DNA of 56,070 bases, the filler included, from Sphacelaria rigidula (lineage: Eukaryota), in NCBI GenBank assembly GCA_964200075.2. It is 5 parts of 5 records of this genome, joined end to end, with 100 filler letters (N's around TTAATTAATTAA, not from the genome) between each part and the next. Parts side by side here need not be neighbours in the genome. Positions count along the whole stretch, not along the records: positions 1 to 11,137 come from CAXNAA020005340.1; positions 11,238 to 22,373 come from CAXNAA020005341.1; 3 more parts are not named here. The stretch is one strand, 5' to 3'. The notes under the pieces are model-generated. The model saw only the letters and a list, made by a program, of their open reading frames with translations. It ran no database searches and was not told the origin of the DNA. Positions 1 to 11,482 of this stretch are shown here, piece by piece (position 1 is the first letter of the stretch; the number at the start of each line of letters is the position of its first letter). The position numbers and the translations under genes were made by a program.

Positions 1-516
1 TGTTTTGTTTTTTTTAATGTCTCCCCGGCCACATTGAGTCTCTCTCCTTCCCCGCCGTCCTTTCTGTCAATCTAACTAATGAGTACCCCCCCCCCCCCCT
101 GGCCAGACACCTCACTATGCCAAGCCCTGACAAATAAGAAATAGATAGGAATAGAAAAAGACCGACGGCAACCATTTTTACGGCGCAAGGCCACAGAAGA
201 TTTCACCAAGACATCAAAAATGTCACCCCCATGCGGTCGGATTAGTTTTTTCCAATGAGGGGGCGCAACGGGCCAAGTGTGATCAAGTTTGTGTACACAG
301 CCAAAATCAGCACTTGCGTGCCAGAACTCTACTCAAACGAAACTCGGCACCACCCGTTTATTTTCTATATATTGAGTCCCGTGCTGCACTTGGGCACATT
401 TCTACACGAGTCTGAAAAAGACGCCTCAGGCTAATAGTTTTGCGTGAGAGCTGTAAAAATTTAATCATACGTCGTCGTTCAAAAAACAGCACCTCGAAAT
501 CCACACCTGTCCATCG

Positions 517-535
517 CCAGTGCCAAAAGGGTTAA
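517..535. mobile_element. piggyBac-like terminus
   Basis: CCAGTGCCAAAAGGG followed by TTAA. Nearly the same terminus occurs at 17193-17211. I found no matching left end. Confidence 0.5.
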
Positions 536-730
536 ATGGCAGTCGACATGGTACGGGAGTGCTGATAGTCATGATCCAATCTGCGAAACTGGAGCGTAAC
601 GCGTGTACCGGGGGAAATATGGGTTGATCACTTGAAACCACGAACTCGTCCCGAGGAAGCGGAGGCGTTAGAAATGAGAAAAAAACAAAAAGGGCTCGAG
701 AGGTATTCAGTGACTCAAACTTTCCCGCGT

Positions 731-887
731 AATATTTCGCACCCTGGACAATAGAATACACAGTCGAAGAGTGTGCGAGGCACAGTATCGACTATTGCGC
801 CTACTGCAACAGGCAATAGATTTCAAACTGTACGCAGTACATTTTTTACAATAGAATATAGTGTCATAATCCAGGGTGTGTAATACT
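731..887. mobile_element. Small MITE, CACACCCTGGAC-TIR family, copy 1
   Basis: Inverted ends (cgcaccctggaca ... atccagggtgtg). The interior is similar to copies at 3498-3641 and 25825-25962. Confidence 0.75.
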
Positions 888-1855
888 TATAATTTTGTTT
901 GGGGATCTTGGTCTGATCAGCTCTGAGACTGATAGTGTTCCTCGTCTTTCGATCTGTACACGGATTTGTTGCTCCTAGCGATGATACGATCGATGCTGAG
1001 ACTAAACACACTACACGTTGCACTTGTTAATGTAACATGGTGACTGATATCAGGTCCTGCGTAGTTAGAAAGCCCTTGCCAATATATTTCGCCCCTCAAA
1101 AAAGGTATTTTTGGCAATGCGTGCTCATCTCTCTCCGTCAAGCTGTGCTCGAAACATATTCGCGGGGGATACTCTTCATTGTTCGTGGGTAATTCACCAA
1201 CTTCTACAGCGGCCGCACTCTAAAAAACATGTTTTTTTAGTCGAAGTCGTTTCGAGCACGTACGCGCCACAGCACATCTCACTTTCAAGCACTAGCGCCA
1301 TCTGTTTTCCTAGATATTTCAAGCACGCGGCGACACACAACGAAATCCAGCGCTCACCGGAGTAGCGACCACAATGTTCGGCACCATCGCCGTCACCATC
1401 ACGCTCACCACAACATCGTAATCCACGAACCAATTCACACAATATGAGGCGCGCCAAGTTCTGGGTGACTGAGGTATGCTCGGGGAAGGACCTACGACCC
1501 TTGTTAACAAGCCCGAGCGTCGGTTTTTCAAAAATGCAGTATGTGTACTATTCGAAAATAAACACCCAAGTAAGAACAAGTTCGTATTTCTGGAAAACTA
1601 CAGACAGAACGGCCAGCGAAGTATACACAGACTGTACAGTGCGGTACAGTGGACTACAAGCGGGAAAACACAGGTCCGAATAATTTGCCAGACCGCAACT
1701 TTCATCTTCGCCGGTCTTATCCCGCTGAAAACAGTTCCCTACCCCACGAATATAATGTACACAGGCACGTCAAGACATGGGCGGGGAGGCTGAGGGAAGC
1801 CCGCGGCAAAGACTCACGACCGCTTTCCATGCTCGCGCGTTGACCTTCAAATACA

Positions 1856-1858
<3 letters not shown>

Positions 1859-1888
<30 letters not shown>

Positions 1889-1906
1889 CGAGAGAGAGAG
1901 AGAGAG
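1859..1906. repeat. (TG)n(AG)n microsatellite
   Basis: Directly visible in the sequence. Confidence 0.95.
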
Positions 1907-3148
1907 CGTGGGAACGCAACTTTTAACTCCTCGAGGATGGAAGCAACCGAAGAAGACGTGACGTGTCCTTCTTGGGCAATCTACAATGAGGGCAGCACAG
2001 GCGAAACGGTTGCACATATTTATTTCTTCAGGGACTTGGCTCGCAGCTTCGCCACGGGGACTGTCATGCTCGAGATAGCACCATCGCCCACAAACTCACG
2101 TCACACCACGCGCTCGACGATGTGGAGGACCGCGGAATGTCCAAGGCTAAAACCCTTCAAACATGGCGTATGTGTACAACCACTCAATTTTCCGACTCGA
2201 AAATGAAATCAAAGACGGCACGTACAGTCACCCAACTTTCCGACTTGAAAATGAAATCAAAGACAGCACGTTATTTCGCTTGGATCTACAGATGGTACAA
2301 CGGGGGAATATCCACAACAGATATTTCGCCAGGCCACATATCTCGATCTTCGCAGTGACCATCACGCCCAGTCTTGAGTTTAGAGCAATGGCCCCCAATC
2401 CAGTCCACACCAGCACCCTGGAAAGTGGGTGACTCAGAGACGCTCGGGGCAAAGACCACCGAACGCTTTCGAACCGGGGGGACCTGCCTTCAAAACAAAC
2501 ATGTGGCTTCTCAAGTTCCCTGTTTTCATGATATGTTGAAAAAGTCTTCGCATGCGGGACGACTTTCTTTTCCTACGGCTTGTTTTCGCCCCCCGAAAAA
2601 TGCAAATGAGCATCCATACCACTGCGTTTACTAGTTTACTGTACGATGTAGCAGTACCGTTGAGATGAGGATGTAATCTTGCATTAGACTCTCACTTCGT
2701 AAATACCGCGGTATAGTATTCTAAGTACCGCCTACTGTGAAAAGTGCGCCGGAACCTCTCCTATACAACAGCCTAAAACATTTTTTCGTGCCCTGAGCAG
2801 TCATTGTGGTCATCATACATGTTTCCCTCTAAAATTAGTATACAACCAACTTCCCTAAAACATTGCGGTTCAAGATTACCACTTACTGTAGCTCTTACAC
2901 GTCCAAACGTACCGGCGCCAGTGTGGCGTGGGTCGTGATGGATCAAGAGCTAGCTGAGGCCGTTAAAACAAGTACTGCTGACGAGAACGGAGTGAAGAGT
3001 TGGCGAGGAGAAAGCACACGCGGATGCCGACGACTGTGTCGAATTTGTCCTTTTTTCTTTTTCGTGCGAGAGAGAAAGAGAGAGCAAGAGAGATCTCCAT
3101 CGGAGATCAGTGATTCAGGCACTACTAACTGTGCTTAGGCCTTCTCAC

Positions 3149-3236
3149 CAGAGGAGGAAGTCGACGGCCTTGATGATGGCTGGGCTGTCAGCTTTCTCCC
3201 CAGAGGCAATCAGTCCCTCCACTCCGAACCATGTGC
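3149..3236 (-). CDS. CAS1: Oxidosqualene cyclase, internal exon D (not in the ORF track)
   Basis: Hand translation gives GTWFGVEGLIASGEKADSPAIIKAVDFLL, the expected continuation after CFSYG (G|GC = Gly). gcag acceptor, gtgag donor. Confidence 0.92.
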
Positions 3237-3497
3237 CTGCATAGCATCCCCAATCAGATTAGCGCATTACTGACAGGTCATGAACCTGCAATGAAACTCT
3301 TTTTTTGGTCCCACGACGGTAATACACTCTGGGATATAAGTCATACTCCACGCCAAGAAGAGCCGGGCTGGATTGCATTACCGCGCCACTCCTGATACTA
3401 CAGGGCCCTCATGACGAGTCGAAGCGTATACTGAACACAACACACACTTGTTTTTATGTACATATGTTAGGCCATACTTGATCGCCCAAAAGCATGG

Positions 3498-3641
3498 CAC
3501 ACCCTGCACAATTAGATTACCTTGTCAATGAGTGTACTGCGTACAGGATCGACTATTGCGTCTACTGCAATAGACAACAGCTTCGATACTGTACGTCGTA
3601 CACTCTATGACAACTACTCTATTGCCACCATCCAGAGTGTG
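3498..3641. mobile_element. Small MITE, CACACCCTGGAC-TIR family, copy 2
   Basis: cacaccctgcaca ... atccagagtgtg ends; shares atcgactattgcg-ctactgcaa with copy 1. Confidence 0.65.
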
Positions 3642-4191
3642 AAAAATAATAGATAATGGCATAGCCGACATCATGAACCGCGCGTGGAACTGGGCTGTGC
3701 CGACACGAGTCCCGGCAGCTTGATGATGCTTCCATTCCCCACCGAGGCGTGACAATGTAGCTCCGACTACGGACTGGTCAACACGGCTACCACAAGCCAC
3801 TACCTAGTACGTCTTCAGCTGTTCATGGTTGATCATCCATACCAGCAATGAGTGATTAAACGTCAGAGCTTCGGGCTCGGGGTACATGTAGCACGACATG
3901 CATCATTTATGCGTGCCGACATCCACCCGGTCGTCAAAAATCTCCAACATGCACCATACACCCAACACATACGGTACTGCACGGACAAGGGCAACGGCAA
4001 GCACGGGACAACCAGGTGCCACTGCATGTAAACTGATCCAGCGTACAGCAATCTAGCCATCACAGCGGCGTGAGCATGCAAACGGTGCAAGCTGTTCGTA
4101 GCCCTCTTAGCTCTTGCGGGCCATCGAAGTACATGGAACCCTTGCAAGCTAGATAGCACGTAGGACTTTTGTATGGAACACGATATGACTA

Positions 4192-5113
4192 CGAGCTGGG
4201 CCGGCAGCAAATCCCACTTTCTCTTTCCGCACTACAACTTCTCAAGTTTCCCAAATCAGCGCAACTTGAGCATGTCGCTGTGAACTGCAGACTAACCTGG
4301 TAACACACGGCACCGTCGCTGCTTGATTGACGCAGTTTCGGCGATGATGTTTTATTGTACTGCATTGAGTACCGAGTACGTCTCTTGCTATTGGGTGACA
4401 ACGTATCTGGAGACGTTTCGTTTCACAACATGCGGTGGAACTACGACAGACCGTTGCGCCGCATAGGCACACGCACACCCGGCATGCTCAGGCAAGAGCA
4501 CACTGGTAGTGCTGCAAGACGGCATCAAGCTCGTCATAAGCTCCATAATGGGAGAGAACCTCCGAGCCGACTGTCGTATATCACCGCACGAGAGAGAAGT
4601 ACTTCTTGAAACTACGCTATATCCCCCCTAAAAGCAAGACCGTCACCAAAATATCGAGACCCTTTGCAACCCAGAGGTACGAGAGATTATGAACAACTAG
4701 CACGCACAAAAGTCGTTTTGTCTTGTGGGGATCCGAACTCGTAACCTGTGTAATTTGAAGCTGTTGTATCAGTTTGACCACCGGAGTCACACAAAAAGTG
4801 CGACGCGAAGCCCAATTTGACGTATTTTCGGCTGAAACTTTACAAGGATGTGGTTGACGCGGGTGCCCGTATGTGCCGGAGCGTTGTCATCGTTTTCATC
4901 AATTTTTGAGGAAGCTATACCATTTTTCCTGTTTTTGCTCAAACTTCAACTCGCTCCATCTTCCTGTTTTTTTTAATCCCGCGACACCCCTTACAGGATT
5001 GCGCGGATTGATAATAAAAAAATGTCGTATCAAAATTTCAGCGTCTACCTCTTCGAATAACCAATAGCATCTCCACTCTCCGTTACATCATCACTGATGG
5101 CCGGCCCAGCTCG
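4192..5113. mobile_element. Non-autonomous Tc1/mariner-type element
   Basis: Perfect 14-bp TIR CGAGCTGGGCCGGC / GCCGGCCCAGCTCG with TA on both sides (4190-4191, 5114-5115). Related ends occur near 11296-11310 and 12401-12418. Confidence 0.7.
4728..4790 (-). repeat. Decayed tRNA-like/SINE head
   Basis: Reverse strand reads gtgactccggtggtcaaactgata ... gagttcggatcccc, with A- and B-box-like spacing similar to 38894. Confidence 0.4.
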
Positions 5114-5147
5114 TACTGCATCCGTCGTAAACAACTTAGATTGCTTC

Positions 5148-5575
5148 GATTGATTGATCGATCGATCGATCGATCGATCGTTCCATAGATTGATTCATTG
5201 ATTCATTGATTCATTGATCGATTGATTCATTAATCGATTGATCGATTGATCGATTGATCGATTGATTCATTGATTCATTGATTGATTCATTGATTGATTC
5301 ATTGATTGATCGATCGATTGATTCATTGACCCATTGATCGATCGATCGTTCCATAGATTGATTCATTGATTCATTGATTCATTAATTGATTGATTGATTG
5401 ATCGATTGATTCATTGATTGATTGATTCATTCATTCATTCATTCATTCATTCATCGATCGATTGATTCATTGATCCATTCACTAATCCATTCATTCGCTG
5501 GTTCATTAATCGATTAGTTGATTCATTCATTCATCCATCCATTCATTGTCTGATTGATTGATTGAATGAATGATT
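5148..5575. repeat. Complex tetranucleotide repeat (GATT/GATC/CATT)n
   Basis: Directly visible; lies in the OSC intron between exons C and D. Confidence 0.95.
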
Positions 5576-5696
5576 CTGTCAAACGAAGTTATCCGCTACA
5601 AGATACAAGCTACAAGCCCACCCGTGGTCACAGCACACGTACCCTGCATCTTTTTCAAAAGTTTCAATACAGAATGCACAGCTGTGAGTGACTCAC

Positions 5697-5785
5697 CGTA
5701 GCTGAAACATACTCCCCATGACCCGTACCAGCTGCCATCCGGGCGTTGGATGGACTTCAAGAACCGCCTTCCATTCGCCATGGCC
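5697..5785 (-). CDS. CAS1: Oxidosqualene cyclase, internal exon C
   Basis: Translates [30 protein letters not shown], the diagnostic DGSWYGxWGVCFxYG motif. aag acceptor, gtgagt donor, and the phase matches exon B (AG|G = Arg). Confidence 0.95.
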
Positions 5786-6495
5786 CTTTGTCATCGCAAA
5801 CGGGGTTACGAAAAATATATATGAACTTACTCGATACGCACGGGTACATGTCGGCATTGAAAGACACAGAAGGCCAAAGGTGCGAATATGCCGTTTTGTG
5901 GAAAACAAGTATGTGACCTTGCATGACACCATCGAATGACTTCATTGTATGCGATAACGAGGAGAATAAAATGTAAAGATCCGATATTTTTGCGTGCGGC
6001 AGGAATCCTGCGCTTCAATGGGTCGCACAATAATGGACATCCCCCCTGTACCACTGCACTTCCACTTCTTCGGCGGCGGAGACTGGCGGCGAAGACCGAA
6101 AGCCTCAAAGTTTCACCCTCGAAACAGCACAGCGAACATGTGGCATTCTTGTCTCGCTACTTCACTCGGTGTGGCAACACTGGTACGTATGGTCATGTTC
6201 CTTTGTTCTCATGAGCGAGTCAAAAGCACAAGTACGCCATGATACACGACATGTTGCTCGTCAGGCGGTGAAGAAAAGACTTGCCGTAAGGCTGTCCAAA
6301 ACGGCCACCCACCACTCCAGGTGTACCCAACAGCGACCACTGACGACAGAACCTTCAGCATCCCGCCTCAATCCCGGGAAAACGGGAAAGGGTGACCGCG
6401 ACTAGGCATGGCTATGGCTGGTACGACAGGAACACAGCGTTCGTATCCCTGCCGATCTCACGCGTCTGGCTTCCCCGAGAGTGCCAATTGCTCAC

Positions 6496-6636
6496 CTCTT
6501 AATCTCGGAGGTGCGGTGGTTAGGGAAACGCTTGACGAAGGCATGCAGCGCACCGAGGCAGGAACACGAGCACTCGACGTAGGAGTAGTCGATCATGATG
6601 TCGCCGAATGTCTCCGACGGGTTGAGCGCCTCGTAC
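6496..6636 (-). CDS. CAS1: Oxidosqualene cyclase, internal exon B
   Basis: Translates [47 protein letters not shown], the conserved NPSExFGDIxIDYxYVEC motif. ggcag acceptor, gtgag donor, and the phase matches exon A (TG|G = Trp). Confidence 0.95.
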
Positions 6637-6872
6637 CTGCCGTGAGGGGACACGACCGTCGAGGGCCGACGATAGACGAACGCAAAATACATGTACCGCA
6701 CTAATTTGCTGCAAGGCAATTTGCTGCCAAGCGGGAAAGTGCGAGACCTAAAGTCAACCAACCGTTAAGCTGTTAGATTTCTGTTCATCACGACGCCGGT
6801 ATGAATGGAGTGGCAACAGTTGGTTGATGTTGATACAAGCTGGGCCGCCCAAGACGCGGACAGGGATGTGAA

Positions 6873-7159
6873 CACGCGATTTAGCAGCTCAATTTTGGAT
6901 CGTTTTCTATGAAATTTTGACACAATATTCAGGACGTATGTACGAAGCCTCCATTTCCGGAACCCTACAACTTTTTTTTTTTTTTTTGGAATTATCCACG
7001 ATTTCTGAAAAACTGTTCTGAAATGTTTGGTCGCCGATAACTCACGGAGAAAAAAAATAAAATGTACGGGGCGAATGGGGGCGTCTTTGCACATACACCC
7101 TGTACATCGCGTCGAAATTTCATATAAAACGACCTGAAATTAAGCTGCTAAATCGCGTG
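6873..7159. mobile_element. Foldback MITE of about 290 bp, copy 1
   Basis: Long imperfect inverted arms: cacgcgatttagcagctcaatttt ... aaattaagctgctaaatcgcgtg. Confidence 0.75.
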
Positions 7160-7211
7160 ATCGTGTTCAAGACTGGTTCTTATGTGAAGATGGACCAGCC
7201 ACGAAAAATGA

Positions 7212-7501
7212 AACGCGGTTATGCTGTTCAGTTTCAAGGATTTTTCACGAAATTCCGACACGATGCGCACAAGGTATGTTGTGAAGTCCCTGTTGTCCCC
7301 CCTTGACGTTTTAGTTTTTTTCAATGACTTGTCGGCGCTATTGTACCAGGGAAAACTGTTGCGAAATTTAGATCACCCATAACTCACGAGAGGAAAATAA
7401 AATAGAAGAGGGGGAAACGGTAGGGGCTTGACATATACCTAATGTACATCGTGTCGAAATTTCATGGAAAACGACTTCAAATCGAGCAGTGAAATCGCGT
7501 T
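7212..7501. mobile_element. Foldback MITE of about 290 bp, copy 2 (adjacent, diverged)
   Basis: Same arm sequences (gtacatcgtgtcgaaatttcat ... aaatcgcgt) and the same internal ataactcacg motif as 6873-7159. Confidence 0.7.
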
Positions 7502-8738
7502 TTTCTGTGGAGAACCGGTTCAATTGCTTTTAGAGTACAACAACCTCAGCCGGAACTTGGACGTTTTCTACAAGCCCGACGCCTTGGGGCGCTGGAGGTT
7601 TCGTCTGCGCGCCATGTCAGACCCTGCGCGCGTACAGTGCGACATGAATTGTTGTACAACCACAACTAGTGCAACACCATCACTTTGCGGCCGCGGCACA
7701 GGCGACTGTAACCGTAAATGCGATTTTAGCCGTTTTTTTCCGTAATTCCGCCGCACATGCCAGCCTTAACTCCCTACACTTCGCAGCTGACTACAGTTTG
7801 GTATTTCGTTTGGTGGGAACTTGTCAGATCGCTGTTCTACGTGAAGTGAAAGACGCGCGTTGAGTTGCAGATTACCACCATGTGTCATAGTAGGCGCAAC
7901 TCGCGATAGATCGTCAGTTAGGCCCAGCTGAAGGAAAGTCCGCTTCTTAGGCGGCCCAGTCTGTAGATTGATGGAACGATGATGGATGCGCATTGCCTCC
8001 TCCACCATGACTCCGGATGCGTTCGTTCACAAGACTCACGTTATCTCAAGTTCAAGAACAGAAATACGCGCTGATGTGCCATCGGGAAAGAGCCAAAATG
8101 AATAAGAACGAAGGCCACACACAACCATGGTAAACGTGAACCAAAACGATACGAGTCGCTTATTTTGATGTCTGTCGAGTATAACTAAAGGAGAGAGTTG
8201 CAGTTTGTTTGTGTCACTATCTAAAAGGTGCGCCGTCCTAACCGGGTTCGCGGAACTGTGTACAGGTATCAACGCTGTACGTGCTGTCGTGGCAAGCGCC
8301 CGAAGCGACTCTAGCAGCAGAACCCAAAGAACCTCCCTCCTGCATCAACATCAAAGCAACTCGTCATGGAATATGACACACGCCTGCGGAACATCAAGCA
8401 ACACACACTAGACGGCAGCTGAATCACGACGATGAGCTAAACTAGCCTTCCGCCGACCCCATGCTTCGTACCACCTCGAAAACAATAATCGTGCGCCAGC
8501 GTGATTCCTACGAAAATAAATGGTGAAGTAGCAGTGGTACTTAGAAGAGCTCCAACTCGAACACATCAACGTGTTACGCCAACAACTCCGCATATCCATC
8601 TACGAGTCACCGATTTCAAAGCTATTCCCCCATTTATTCGTGGCCCCTAACATCACCAATCCAAGTCCTCCGCTAAAATTCCTGAAATGTGGGCCAATGT
8701 TGTGGCCAAAATACGGCAATGCGGGCCTCCAATCTCAC

Positions 8739-8896
8739 CAGCGGAAGCCTCTGGTGTTCTCGTACGTGGCCCAGCCGCCGTCTCTGTTTTGGAATGACAG
8801 TATCACGTTCACGGCATCGAACAGCCGCTCGTCTGCGATAGGAGGCAAAGACGAGTCCTCCCGAATGAAGGGTAGGTCCAACAGAGCCAAAACGCC
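8739..8896 (-). CDS. CAS1: Oxidosqualene cyclase (probably cycloartenol synthase), internal exon A
   Basis: Translates GVLALLDLPFIREDSSLPPIADERLFDAVNVILSFQNRDGGWATYENTRGFRW, the OSC segment after DCTAE, with a QxxDGGW (QW) repeat. Flanked by a cacag acceptor and a gtgag donor; ends in phase 2. Confidence 0.93.
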
Positions 8897-10860
8897 CTGT
8901 GGATGTGTCGAAGAATCCACCAGACAAACGGACGTGAGGGATAGCGTGAGAAGCTGGCATTTGCCGGGAGCAGCAGAAGAGAGTTTGGTGACGCTTCCAG
9001 TCAATCGGGCGGGGCATTATCGCTTACTACGCGTCTCACCAGATGTTGTGTGTGGAGGTAATGCGAACGATGTTGTGTACCATCTGGCGACTATAACGAG
9101 GAATCTTTCATCGTGGTTACAAGAAAGAGGGGGTAGGGAGGGCGGGGAAACACGCCGGGATTGCTTTCCGCGGCTTGGGCTGTCAAAATAATACGTGGTG
9201 CGTGCATGTGGCGTATGCACCTATCGCGACGCAGGTAAAACGACCGCTGCGAGCTACTCTCTTCAGTGAGTGGTCTGACACGACGACATCTGTGGTAGAG
9301 CGCTTCATTAGGCTGCAGAATAATTCGTCGGGCTCTTCTGGGGAAAGGTGCCTCGGCTGCTTGTACGCCAGCTTGTGGTTTGACTCCGTCGTTTGCACCC
9401 GCTGCGGCGGGGAATGAGTCTACGCTCACTGCACATTTTTGGGAGAACAACACGGGTGCTGCAGATCCTCAAGTCGTGGACCTATCAACTCCACGACATG
9501 AATACTTCAGCAGGGTCTCAACGGTATGAAGCGGTGCTGCATCACTAAGATAGTGTTGATCGATGCCGTGAACGAGGATTTGAAGCTACGCCCCGCTGTC
9601 AACCTAATCCTTACGGTACAGCATGCTGTAGACTTATTAGAATGCTAGTCATGTTCCACGCAACACTCTCCCGCTCCTATGGACCAAGTACTAGACACTG
9701 TCTACAATGCCTTTGTTACCCTTGTACATGTGTACAACTCAAAAGCAACAAGCGTCATTTTATACACATCGCCTGTATGGGACCGGACTGCACTGTGTGG
9801 GTGCTGAAGTTTGGGCATGACGTGTTGAATCGCCAAGAAACGACGATCGAACACGATAACTTGAAGACAGTATTTCGACAATACGTTCCAGCTGCGCCGT
9901 ATCCTTTGAAACATCGTATACGAAATCTTCGGCTACCTAACAGTTCTTGTTCCTGTCATTTCTGACAGCAACGGGTGGTTCTATCTTGATTCTCTCAGTC
10001 CTGAAATGCCCCTATCATCCGAGGTTGGTCGCTGGTGCTTGATGGCTGTCGACCCGAAAAAAAACGTACCGAAAACCTGTCAAGGACTCCGGCTACCTAA
10101 AATCCGGACAAATGCGTGTATCTAGTAAGCGCCTCAACGATATTCTTTTTACGCTCTTCATTACTCGAATATTTCAAATATTTCGCATATTTGGGGTGTT
10201 TCAGTGTTGCTTTCCTTGGGTACGTCATCATGCGACCACGGCCGGACCCATGGGTGATCAGTTAAAGTGCGAAAATCAATCCGAAATAAAAAATCAATCC
10301 GGGTCGTGTAGAACGCGAAAGCTACGCGCTGTTGTGGCGCCATTCGACAAAAATACGCTTTTCCTGCTGCGGTAGCCCTCTGCATACATTACGCAATTGA
10401 TTCCGGGCGTGAGCGCTTGGAAAATAGCATTGCTACATTCATCATGCTTCAACTTGGCAGATTCATGCCGAAAAAACATGGAACCAGTCAGAGAGAGTTG
10501 CGTGGTTTGATACAGTAGGTATACAGTCGGTACCGCTCACTGTACACACGACGACAGAAGGCGTGCAGTTTCATTCGAATTTTCGTCCCCAAGTCACCTA
10601 AATCCACACTCATGGCTACGCTTTTGTTCATGAGCATATAATGATCGGGTACAAACTTGCACATTACTCGCACGACATCGCGCACGTTTCGATCCTTCTT
10701 GGATGCAGGTCGCAAAAGAAGGGGGAGGGGGGGGAAAGTGCTTACGACACTTTCTACGATAGCCCCCCCCCCAAAAAAAAAGTTGCTCCGTCTCTGCTCC
10801 GCCTCGAAAGGGATGCGTGGTCAATGGTCAAACGACTAAGGCAAGCAACAAATGAGTACG

Positions 10861-11060
10861 CCCCCCCCCAAAAGCCCAAAACTGTCACGAGGAAAATGAC
10901 CATAGAGCGCCTGATGTTTGATTTCAGGCTGCACGAGCGCCTCATATGAGCGGCATCGGCGGAAACGAATCACAGCGCGGGAATTCCCAGCTGCTGGTTG
11001 TGCTCTGCTCATTTCGTTTCAACTCACGTATGGATTTTTCTTCCCCAAACCAGCCACTGT
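10861..11060 (-). repeat. Dispersed repeat of about 200 bp, copy 1
   Basis: The reverse complement aligns by eye with 48110-48315 and 51391-51597 (gagcaca, gcagctgggaa, tgaggcgct, poly-G end). Confidence 0.7.
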
Positions 11061-11137
11061 CGAGCTGTACTCATGATCATGCATGCCATAGTCATAAGAC
11101 CATTGACCTCGCATCCCTACAAAGCCGGGACGGAGTA

Positions 11138-11237
11138 NNNNNNNNNNNNNNNNNNNNNNNNNNNNNNNNNNNNNNNNNNNNTTAATTAATTAANNNNNNN
11201 NNNNNNNNNNNNNNNNNNNNNNNNNNNNNNNNNNNNN
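11138..11237. other. Artificial contig linker N44-TTAATTAATTAA-N44
   Basis: 100-bp spacer with stops in all six frames, identical at four places. Confidence 0.99.
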
Positions 11238-11307
11238 GGGTTCATTCGTGAAACTGGGGAAGCTGTGGTGTGAGCAACTTTTAGCAGCTTTTAAGCTGGC
11301 CCAGCTC

Positions 11308-11482
11308 GTATGGACAATCAACAGGGCATGAAGAAAAACTGGCTGTGAGGTCCCGATTTTTTTTTTTTTCGTGAGTCAAGGGCAATAATCAGTTTTGAGG
11401 TTTTAGTAAAATGCCCTGAAGTCATGAAAAAAAAACTTGGGGACCAGACAGCTTTTCTTCACGCCCTGTTAATTGTCCATAC
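11308..11482. repeat. Imperfect palindrome / foldback element
   Basis: gtatggacaatcaacagggcatgaagaaaa ... ttttcttcacgccctgttaattgtccatac. Degenerate relatives follow to about 11980. Confidence 0.75.

Noticed and set aside
8571..9191. 206-aa plus-strand ORF
   Set aside because: It is the antisense shadow of OSC exon A.
9785..9810. DCTVWVLK near the OSC gene
   Set aside because: It is on the wrong strand and has the wrong context.
11182..11193. Recurrent TTAATTAATTAA as a biological motif or piggyBac site
   Set aside because: It is an assembly linker embedded in Ns.
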